DNA of 64,000 nt from assembly GCA_964373795.1 (NCBI GenBank), contig CAYJVY010000006.1, forward strand, positions 28,468 through 92,467, in the 5' to 3' direction. Below, one piece after another: positions 19,782 to 31,700 of the stretch. The notes below the pieces were generated by a model. It was not told the origin of the DNA and searched no databases. It saw only the letters and a program-made list of their open reading frames with translations. The position numbers and the translations under genes are program-made. This DNA is from an uncultured archaeon (GTDB taxonomy: Archaea; Iainarchaeota; Iainarchaeia; Iainarchaeales; DATDZZ01). How positions within the stretch are numbered: the stretch's first letter is position 1; each line of letters begins with the position of its first letter.

Positions 19782-22700
19782 TTATGTAACAGTTACAACC
19801 CTTGTTACAGTTGCCTGATCTAATGTATTTGCTCCTGCTTTAACTGTAACTAGATAACTTCCAGGGTTTGGCATATTCATTTGCCAATAATAATCTTCAC
19901 TTGATAACTTGTTTACATCTAGTGAAGCATTTGCATTTGCTCCAGCTGATTCTGATGCAACTACATTGAATACTCCGTTTACATCTACTTGGATTGGCAA
20001 ACTCTTGAAATTCTCTTGGCTTTGAGTAAAGTTTTCAAACACAGCTATTGTGAAAAAGTTTGCCCCAGCAGTTACACTTGAAGGAGGGTAATTGCTTGAA
20101 TTAAAGAATCTTGCATTAATTGTGTCTACAACACTCCAAACAGTTAAACTATAGTCTTTTGAATTATCTGTAGTACTAGTTTCTCCTGTTACTGGAACTG
20201 CATGAACTGTTAAAATAGTTGAACCCTTGTTATTTGCATCCCATGAAAACCTCATTGGAAGAGTTTGACCTGCAGCAATCCTCACTACATTGTAATCAAA
20301 TATAATTGTTCCAGTGGATGGATTGAATGCCTTTAATTGAACATTTACATCTTCTGAAACATTTCCTGCATTGAATACATTTGCATCAACTGAAATGTCT
20401 TGGTTATACAAATAAGTTGTAGTGCTTGCTTTTCCGTAAACAATTGAATCAACTCTTACATCATGTGTTGCTTGAACAGTTACATTTTTTGTTTTATTAT
20501 TATCACTTAAATTTACTTCTCCTGTTACAGAGTCAACTGAAACCTTTAATTCAAATACTCCTTCACTTGTTGGAGTGAAATTAAATGAATAAATTGCAAT
20601 TTGTCCTGGAGCAAGATTAGTTAAAGTAACTGTTTCTTGTAATACTCCATTCACAAAAAAGCGAACATTACTTGACTCTAAAACATTTCCAATATTTGAT
20701 ATATTTGCATCAACTACTGTAGTTGAATTAATTGCTACTGTTCCAGGAGCGGAAAGAGAATCTGTTCTCAAATCATGACTTGCAATGCTTACAACATTAA
20801 ATGAAAAAGATTTCACTGCTTGAGTTCCAAGTTTATCTGAAACAAATACATTTACATCATGGCTTCCAACACTTAAATTACTTAAAGAAGTAAAAGTTAC
20901 TTTATTTGCTGAAACATTTGCATTAGCAGTTACGTTATTGCCGTCCAAAAATAATTGCACTGAATTCAAGTCAACTCCGCTTAAAGCATCGTTAAAGTCA
21001 GCAGAAATTGTTGGAGTTTGATCTGAAGTATTTTGATCTTGTCCTGGAATTAAATTAGTTATTGTTGGAGCATTACTATCAAAAAACACTGTATCTAATA
21101 CACTTGAACTAGTGTTTCCTACTGCATCAACAAATTTAACGTACACTCCAACTAATCCATTAATTCCATTACATCCAAACGCAGTGTCCATTATATTAAA
21201 GTCTGAGTAAGTTGTAGCGAATGCAATGTTGCTTGTGTATGCAATGTCATTACAAGAAAATTTCATGAATTGAACAGATGTTGTAGCATCGCTTGCAGTT
21301 AATGCAAGTGAAGGTTTTTGATTTTTAGTGAAAGTATTTCCATCTGCAACTACAATTGAAGTTCCTGTTGGAGCAGTTTTATCAACTCTTACATTTAATG
21401 TTGTATTTGATTGATTGTTATCTGCAAAGTCAACTGGCTTTACTCTAAATAAATGATTTCCATCACTTAAAGTATTTGAAACAACAAAGCTCCAATTAGT
21501 TGAACCATTCGCGTCTGTAAAAGAGTTTCCATCAACATTTAATTGAACTTTTCTTATTCCTGTTTCATTGTCAACAGCTGTTCCACTTAAAGTTAGTGGG
21601 AAGTCTGAAGCATTTAAGTCAACATTATTTGTTGGAGAAGTAAATGATGCACTTGGATTATTTAAATCAACATGAATTGTTATAATAGATGAATTTAATC
21701 CATTTAAATCTAAATTATCTTGAGCTTTTACTACTAAATTATAATCTGCCTGAGTTAGTGCACTTAAAGTGAAACTCCAGGAAGTAGTTCCATTAGCGTC
21801 TTGGAAGCTTGTTCCGTTATCTGTTGAAACAAATACTTTTTGTACTCCGCTTCCAGTTCCATCTGAAGCAGTTCCTGAAACAGTTAATGGGAAAGAATTA
21901 TTTCCAGCATTAAAGTCTGAAACAGGGGAAGTAATTAAAGCAGTTGGTTGAGTTGAATCAAATGAAACTGAGTCTGAAACCGCAGTTGAAGAATTTCCAA
22001 TTACATCTTCAAATCCTGCGTAAACTGTTTTCAATCCATCTCCACTAGTACATCCAAATGCTGGATCTAACATATTGAAATCAGAGTAACTTGTAGCAAA
22101 AGGAATATTTGAAGTGAAAGTTATATTATCACAACTGAAACGCATGAATGCAACTCCTGTTCCACTTCCGTCTGAGGCATTTAAAGTTAAAACAGGTTTT
22201 TGCGCATTAGTGAATCCTAAAAGATTTGCAATTGAAATACCTGTATCAGTTGGAGGAGTTTTATCAACAGTTAAAGTAATTGAAGCAGGAGTTAAATCAT
22301 TATTGTCTGCATAATCTCTTGCTTTTGCTTTCAAAGTATAATTTCCATCAACTAAAGTTGGAACATTAAAAGTCCAAGAACTTAAATCATTTGCGTCTGC
22401 AAAAGTCAAACCATTATCTAGGCTTACAAATACTTTTGTTAAACCTGTTCCAACATCTGAAGCTGTTCCAGTAATTGTTAAAGGAAATTGAGCTGCATTT
22501 AAGTCTCCTGAAGGGAAAGTAATTACAGTATTTGGATCAACTAAATCTACATGTAATAATTGAGTTGTTAAACTTACTTGGTTTTGATCTAAATTGTCTT
22601 GAGCTTTTGAAATAATATTATAATCTCCTGAAGTTAGAGATGCAATTGAAAAACTCCAGTTAGTTGAACCATTTGCGTCTGCAAATGTTGCACCATTATC

Positions 22701-25700
22701 TAAGCTTATGAATACTTTTTTCACTCCTGCACCTGAATCAAAAGAGGTTCCTGAAACAGTTAATGGAAATGCATTTAATCCTGCATTGAAATCATTTACA
22801 GGACTTGAAACACTTGAAGTAGGAGGAGTTGTGTCAAAGAAAATTGAATCCAAAACTGAAGCAGATTCATTTCCAACTGCATCAGTGAATTTAACATAAA
22901 TTCCAGTTAAACCATTTAATCCACTGCAACCAAATGCAGGATCTATCATGTTGAAGTCTGAGTAAGTTGTTGCAAAAGCAATGTTGTTTGTGTATGCAAT
23001 ATCATTACAAGAAAATTTCATGAATTGAACAGATGTTGTAGCATCGCTTGCTGTTAAAGTTAGATCTGGTTTTTGATCGTTTGAAAAATTATCTCCATTT
23101 TGAATTACAATTGAAGCTCCAATTGGAGGAGTGGAATCAACTATAATGTTTACGTCAGTGAAACTTGTTTGATTATTGTCAGCGAAATCGTTTGCTTTTG
23201 ATTTCAAGGTATGAACTCCATCTGTTAAAGGAGTTGAAATTACAAAGCTCCAAGCATTAGAGCCATTTGCGTCTGTAAAACTTGTTCCACCATTAGTTGA
23301 AAGGAATACTTTTCTTACCCCAGTAAATGCATCGCTTGCAGTTCCGGAAATTGTTATTGGAAATTCATTTGCATTAAAATCTGATCCATTTAACGGGCTT
23401 GTAATTGTGCTTGAAGGAACAACTGTGTCAATGTGTAATACTAAAGGACCAATTGAAGGAGAATTTTGATCTAAGTTATCTACTACTCTAATGAATATAT
23501 TATAGTTTCCATCTACTGGGCTTCCAAGGTTTCTAGTCCAATTAGTTGTTCCAGTTGCCAAGTTAGGAAAAGTTAATCCTCCATTAGTTGAAACAAATAC
23601 TTGTTTTACTCCACTTCCTGCATCGCTTGCAGTTCCAGTTAAAGTTAAAGGCAATGCATTTGCTCCTGCATTAAAGTCTTGAACAGGTGAAACAAATGCT
23701 CCAGTTGGAGCAGTAGTGTCAAAGAATATTCCATCTGAAACAGCTGTTGAAACATTATTCAAATCATCTGCAAATCTTGCAAAAATTGTTTTATTTCCAT
23801 CTACAGAATTACATCCAAATGTTGAGTCAAGCATATTAAAGTCTGAATATGAAGAAGCAAATGAAACATATGAAGTGAAACTTACATTATCACAAGAGAA
23901 TTGCATGGATGCAACATTTGTTAATGCATCAGTTGATGCAAGAGTTAATGAAGGCTTTTGAACATTAGTAAAGTTTGCTCCGGATGCAATTGAAATTAAA
24001 TTATTTATTGGAGGAGTGGAATCAAATAAAAAGTTCACATCAGTCGAAACTGATTGATTATTGTCTGCAAAGTCTTGAGCTTTAACTTTAATTGAGTAAT
24101 TGCCGTCTGGAAGAGAGGGAATTGAAAAACTCCAAGAATTTGTTCCAGTTGCTTCAGTGAAAGAAATTCCTCCATTAGTTGAAACCAAAACCTTTTTCAC
24201 TCCAACATTATTATCTGAAGCAGTTCCAGTTAAAGTAAAAGGCATGTTTGCATCTGAAAGCCTTGCATTATTGGCTAGATTTGAAATCACTGAATTAGGA
24301 GGAGTTAAATCAACATGCAATAAAACAGTTGAAACACTGGATTGATTTTGATCCAAGTTATCCATTGCTTTTACTTGAACTAAATAATCTCCTGCAGTTA
24401 AACTTGATTTTGAAAAACTCCAGGAAGTAGTTCCATTTGCGTCTTGGAATGAAGCTCCTGAATCAAATGAAAGCCATACAGTTTTCACTCCGCTTCCAGT
24501 TCCATCGCTTGCAGTTCCACTTAAAGTTAATGGGAAAGAATTATTTCCAGCATTAAAGTCTGAAACAGGACTTGAAACATTTGAAGTAGGAGGAGTTGTA
24601 TCGTAATTAACTACTTTACTAATTTGAGTTGAAGAATTTCCTGTAAAGTCTTCAAATACAACGAATACTGTTTTGTTTCCATTTCCTCCAATGCAACCAT
24701 TTACTGGATCTAAAATATTGAAATCAGAATGACTTGAAGCAAATGCAACATTTGCAGGGTAATTCAAGTTATCACAAGAAAATCTCATGAATTTTACTCC
24801 TGTAACAGCATCTAGAGCAGCTAATGAAAGTAATGGTTTGGATAAATTAGTGTATCCAACTCCGTTTGCAATATTCATGTCAGCATTAGTTGGAGGCAAA
24901 TTATCTACTCTGAAATTCAAATCCGCAGTTAAAGAATTATTGTCTGCAAAGTCTTGAGCTTTAACTTTTACTTGATACAATCCATCTGCAGGCAAAGAAA
25001 TAGATTTACTCCAAGAAGTTGTGCCAGTTGCAAGAGTAAAAGTTAAACCATTGTCAGTTGAAAGCCATGCCTGTTTCACTCCAGTTCCAAACCCATCTAA
25101 AGAAGTTCCATTAACATTTAATGGGAACGCACTTGAAGTATAATTTGAATCATTTGAAGGAGAAGAAATTGCAATAGTTGGAATGGTTTTGTCTACGTGA
25201 ATTAAAATTCTTTGAGGAACCTCATTTTGATCTAAATTGTCTTGACCTTTAACTAATACATTGTAATCTCCATCTGATAAATCTGAAATTATAAAGCTCC
25301 AAACACTTGTACCAGTTGCTTCAGCAAATGTTACTCCATTATTTGTTGAAACAAATACTTTTTTCACTCCACTTCCAGTTGAATCAGCTGAAATTCCGGA
25401 AACAGTTAAAGGGAATTTACTTGCATTAAAATTTGAATCATCTGCTGGACTTAAGATAACTGAACTAGGGGCAGTTGAATCAAAGAAAATTGCATCTTGA
25501 AATGCATTTGATTCATTTCCAGCAGTATCACTAAATTTAACATAAACTGTTTTGTTTCCATCACTTGAAGTGCAACCAAATGCTGAGTCAAGCAAATTGA
25601 AGTCTGAGTAAGTTGTAGCGAATGCAATGTTGCTTGTGTAAGCAATATCATTACAAGAAAATTTCATGAATTGAACAGAGGTAGTAACATCTAAAGCTGT

Positions 25701-28700
25701 TAAAGTTAGTGAAGGTTTTTGTGCATTAGTAAAGTTTGCTCCAGATGCAATTAATATTGTTCCAGTTGGAGCAACTGAATCAACTACTACATTAATATCT
25801 GTTAAAACGCTTTGATTGTTGTCTGCAAAGTCATTTGATTTTACTGAGATTGAATAATTTCCATCTATTGGTTGAGTAAATACATTATTCCAGTTACTTG
25901 TTCCAGAAGCCAATTCAAAGTTATTACTTGAACCAAATCTAATCCAAACTTTTTGCACTCCAGTATTGTTATCTGAAGCAGTTCCAGTAACAGTTAAAGG
26001 AAAATTACTTGCCTTAAGTTCAGCTCCATTTAAAGGAGAAACAATTACTGAACTTGGATTAGTTAAATCAACATGTAATAGTTGTGGAATAGTTGTTGAA
26101 CCATTTAAATCTAAATTATCTTGAGCTTTTACTACAAGAGTATAGTCTCCTTGAGTTAAAGACGTTAAAGTATAAGTCCAATTAGTTGTCCCTGTAGCTA
26201 AGTCAAATGAATTTCCATTGTTTGTTGAAACCCAAACTTTTTGCACTCCTGATCCAGTTCCATCGCTTGCAGTTCCGGAAACAGTTAATGGAAAGGAATT
26301 ATTTCCTGCATTAAAATCACTTATTGGATTAACTAAAACAGCATTAGCTCCAGTTGAATCAAAGAAAATTGTTTCACTTGCAATTGCATTATTATCTACA
26401 AGATCTTCAAATGCAACGAAAACAGTTCTATTTCCATCTATAGTTGAACAACCAAATAATGGATCAACTATATTGAAATCAGAATGAGTTGAATTAAATG
26501 CAATGCGTGAAGTAAATGGACCGCTTGCAGAGCAACTGAATTTCATGAATTGCACTCCTGTTGTTGCATCACTTGCATTCAAAGACAAAGAAGGTTTTTG
26601 TTTATTTGTATACAAAGCATTACTTTCAATATTTACATCAGCATTAGTCGGAGAAGTTGAATCAACTCTTACATTAATTGAAGTTAAAGATAATTGATTA
26701 TTGTCAGCTGCATCTTGAGCTTTAATAATTAAATTATGATTTCCATCAGTTAAAGGATTGGAAACAATAAAATTCCAAGAAGTAGTTCCAGTTGCTAAAT
26801 TAAATGAAACTCCTTCATCTAATGAATACCAAATCTTTGAAACCCCTGAATTATTGTCAGCAGCTGTTCCGGAAACAGTTAAAGGAAAATTTCTTGCATT
26901 CAAATCAGCATTATTTAATGGACTTGAAATTATTGAAGTTGGACGAGTTTTATCTACTTGGAATACGCCTCCTAAAAATTCAACAAAATTATTATCCAAG
27001 TTATCTATTACTTTAACATATAAATCATGAGTTCCTTCACTTAAATCAAATACTAAAAAATTCCAATCATTTGCTGTAACTTGATTTCCATCAACAAAGT
27101 TTCCTGAATCTAATTTAAATTGAACTTTATTTAATCCTGATCCTGAATCACTTGAATTAATTGGATAATTAAATGGGAATGCATTCAATCCATATCCTCC
27201 TGGAGGGGTTGCGCCAACTGCATTAATTTGAGGAGCAGTTGAGTCAAAGAAAATATTTTTACTTACAGTTGAAGAAAAACCAACATAGTCAGTAAATTTT
27301 GCATAAACAGTTCTATTTCCATCAGCAGTAGTACAACCGGTTGCAGGATCTAAGATATTGAAATCCGAATGAGTAGTTGCATAAGCAACATTTGAAGAAT
27401 AATTTACATTGTTGCAAGAAAACTGCATGAAGTTAATTCCTGTAACAGAGTCTTCAGCTCTCAAACTCAAAGCAGGTTTTTGTTTTCTAGTAAAGTTTGC
27501 TCCTCCTTCAATGTTTAAATCCAAATTTGTTGGAGCAATGAAATCTAACCTGTAATTCACATCAGTTGTTATAGATTGATTATTGTCAGCGAAATCTTGA
27601 GCTTTAACTTTTAAAGTATAAAATCCTTCTTGCAATGCATCTGGATTAAAAGTATAACTCCAATTAGTTGAACCATTTGCATCTCTGAAAGTAACTCCAC
27701 TGTCAAGTGAAACAAATACTTTTTTTACTCCAACATTATTGTCAGCAGCAGTTCCACTAAAAGTAATTAAACTAAATTGATTAAAATTTGCGTCGCTTAC
27801 TGGAACAGTAACAGTACTAGTTGGAGGAGTTAAATCAACATGAACAACTGTAAAAGTATTGTCAGCTGTGTTTGCTAAATTATCTGTTAATCTAAGAATT
27901 ACTGCATGATCTCCTGCAGTAATAGAGTTGAAAATAAATGAAACAATTGGAACACTTATATTATTTGCATCAACAAAAGTTAAACCATTATCTAAACTCA
28001 ATTGAGCTCTTAAAAGACCAGATCCATTATTTGGATCACTTGCATCAAATGCAAATGTGTAAGGGAAAGAATTTACTCCAATGTTTGCGTCAACGTTTGA
28101 AGCTGAAATTCCTGCAGTAGGAGCTGTTGAATCATAAAACACTTCATCTGAAACAGCAGTTGATTCGTTTCCCACTTCATCTAAAAATTTCACGAAAACA
28201 GATTTATTTCCATCACTTGAATTACATCCAAAAGCTGAATCTAATAAATTAAAATCTGAGTAAGTTGTTGCAAAAGCAATGTTGTTTGTGTATGCAATGT
28301 CATTACAAGAAAATTTCATGAATTGAACAGATGTTGTAGCATCGCTTGCAGTTAATGCAAGTGAAGGTTTTTGATTTTTAGTGAAAGCATTTCCATCTGC
28401 TACAACAATTGATCCAGTTGGAGCAATAGTGTCAAAAACAAAGTTTACATCAGTTAAAACTAATTGATCGTTGTCAGCGAAATCTATTCCAGTTACTTTT
28501 AAATTATTTAATCCTTCAATTGGAGTCAAACTTGGAATACTCCAAGAAGTTGTTCCAGAAGCATTTTGGAATTGCGCTCCATTTAAAGAATATAAAACCT
28601 TTTTTGCCCCAGTAAACGCATCTGAAGAAGTTCCTGAAACAGTGCTTGCGAAAAAACTTGTAGAACTATATTTTGCATTATTTGTTGGAAAAGAAATTGT

Positions 28701-31700
28701 GCTTGAAGGCCTTGTTAAATCAACTGTAATTCTTCTAGAACTTGGTTGAGAGTTTTGATCTAAATTATCTGTAACCTTTGCTTGAATTTCTTTTGCTCCC
28801 TCAGTTAAAGAATTAATTACATAATTCCAATCTCCTGTTCCTGAAGCTAAATTAAATGTTAATCCATTGTTGTCTGAAACCCATACTTGTTTTACTCCAC
28901 TTCCTGCATCGCTTGCAGTTCCAGTTAAAGTAAATGGAAAGAAACTAATTCCTGCATTATAATCTTCCGGAGGGAATAAACTTATTCCAGGCAACCCTGG
29001 AGTTGAGTCAAAGAAAATTCCATCTGAAACAGCTGTAGAAATATTTCCTAAGTCATCAGTGAATTTCACGAAAACTGTTTTATTTCCATCAGAGGAAGTG
29101 CAACCAACTGTTGAATCCAATATATTAAAATCCGAATGACTTGATGCAAACGCTACATTTGAAGTAAAGCTAGTTCCATTACAGCTAAACTGCATTTGAG
29201 TAACAGTTCCAAGTGCATCACTTGAAGCAAGAGTTAATGAAGGCTTTTGAGCATTAGTGAAATTTGCTCCTCCAGAAATTGAAATTGAATTATTTGTCGG
29301 AGGAGTTGTATCTACTATGAAATTTCTGTCAACAACTATTGCATTGTTGTCAGCGAAATCTGAAGCCAAAACTCTTACATTATGGGATCCATCTGCAGGC
29401 AAAGAAATTGTTTTACTCCAAGAAGTTGTGCCAGTTACAAGAGTAAATGCTGCATTGTCAAGACTTACATATACTTCTTTTACTCCAGTGAATGCATCTG
29501 AAGTTGCACCAGTTAAAGTAAAAGGAAAATTACCTGCATTTAATTTAGTTGTTCCAGCCAAAGCCAAATTAATTGATCCAGGTTCTGGAGCAGTTGGAAG
29601 AGTTAAATCAACTTTTACTGTTAATTTTTTATTACTTAAAGGGGTTTCGACTTGCCCTAAATTGTCTGTTGCTTTTGAAACAAAAATATAAGTTCCTTCA
29701 GTTAGAGAATTAATTACTGTATTCCAATTATTTGTTCCAGTAACATTTGAAAAAGTTGCTTCATTATTTGTTGAGAGTTGAACTAACTGTACTCCGGCTC
29801 CTGCGCCATCGCTTGCAGTTCCAGAAACACTTAAAGGAAATTTGCTTGCATTCAAATTTGAATCATTTGTTAAAGAAATACTTGAAGTAGGAGAAGTTAA
29901 ATCCAAAGTAAAAGAATCGCTTACAGCTGTTGAAGAATTTTGCAATTCGTCTTCAAATATTGCGAAAATTGTTTTCAATCCATCAACTGAATTACAACCA
30001 AATTGATTTGAACTCAAATCAAGTTGACTTGAAGTTGTTGTGAATGAAAAATTTGAAGTATAAGGCCCTGTTTGAGAACAACTAAATCTCATAAATGCAA
30101 CGCTTGTAGTTGTATCGCTTGAACTCAAAGTAAGAGTAGGAGTTACGTCGTTTGAAAACCCATTTGTTTTAGAAATTGAAACTGAATTACTTGCAGGAGC
30201 AGTAGTGTCTAAGGTTAGAGTTAAATTTGTTGTAACAGTTTGTTCATTGAATGCATTATCTAATGCTTTTACAACTAAATTAATTGCTCCATCAGTAAAA
30301 GAAGAACCAAAACTAATGCTCCAATTAGATCCATTTAAAGTTGTTTCTTGAAATGTTATTCCACCATCTTTTGAAGCAAATACTTTTTTCACTCCACTCA
30401 AAGAATCGCTTGCAGTTCCTGAAACAATTAATGGAAGATTACTTGAATTAATTTTTTGCCCATTAGAATGAGAAGTAATAGTTGAAGTAGGTTTAGTTGC
30501 ATCAAAAGTAATTGCATCTGAAACACTTGAAGAAGTGTTTCCTAAATCATCTAAGAATTTTACGAAAACGTTTTTAGTTCCTTCAGTTGAATTACATCCA
30601 GTTGCTCCATTTGTTAAATTAAATTGAGAGTAAGTTGTTGCAAAGTTTACTGCAGGAGAAAAATTTGTTCCATCACAAGAAAACTGCATTTGAGTAACAG
30701 TTCCTAAAGCATCTTGAGATGCAAGAGTTAATTTTGGATTTGAAGAATTTGAAAATTGATTTCCATCCGCTATTACAATAGAATTATTTGTCGGAGGAGT
30801 AGTGTCTACTTGAATTGTTATTCCTGCAGAAGGAGTTTCAAGATTTCCAGTTCCATCAGTTGCACGAGTTTGAATTAAGTGATTTCCATTACTTAAAGCA
30901 CTTGAAGGAGTAAAACTCCAACTAGTTGTACCAGTTGCTTGAGTAAAACTTCCTCCATCAATTGAAACTTCCACTTTTGTTATTCCACTAAATAAATCTG
31001 AAGCTGTTCCAGTAAAAGTTGGACTTGTATTGCTTGTTCTTTGTCCATTTGAATGAGAAGAAATACTTGAAGTTGGAGCAGTTATATCGTAAACAATTGA
31101 ATCCAAAATTGAAGCTGAAACATTTCCAACTCCATCCTTTAATTGCAAGTAAACGTTTTTTGTTCCTTCACTTAAAGTACAACCTAGAGCAGAATCGAGT
31201 AAATTAAATCCATTAACTAAAGGAGCTAATGCAGTGAAAGTTGAAAAAGTTGAATCATTGCATGAAAATCTCATTAAAGATGTTCCAACAATATTGTCTG
31301 AAGCAGTTACAGCTAAACTCACTAATCCGTTTGCAGTAAAAGCATTTCCATTATTAATTGCAAGAGTTCCAGTTGGAGCAGTTGAATCAATTGTTACAGT
31401 TACATTTGCATCCGAAACATTTCCAGCATTATCTGTTGCATTTACGCTGTATCTAAAGCTACCATTTTTTCCTGTAATGCTGCGAGGCTCAACAATTAAA
31501 TCAGTTAAAGTTAAAGAAGAATAATTTTTTGAATTTCCTTGAGTTGTAAGTGGAGTTACATTTAGCTTTGTTTCCCCATAAGTTGTTTGATTTAATCCGC
31601 TTACATTATCAGTTAAATTAAATTTTAAAGCAAAATTTGCAGAATTATCAGGGCCATAACTTACTCCATTAACTGGTTCAGTTATTGAAATTGTTGGAGG

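Noticed and set aside
21769-31524. More than 15 plus-strand ORFs of 60-144 aa inside the giant surface-protein gene (for example 29257-29691, 26758-27030, 28471-28749)
   Set aside because: All are antisense to a continuous 12.6-kb reading frame with a clear signal peptide and domain repeats. Their sequences are low-complexity mirror images of the repeat codons. They are not independent genes.
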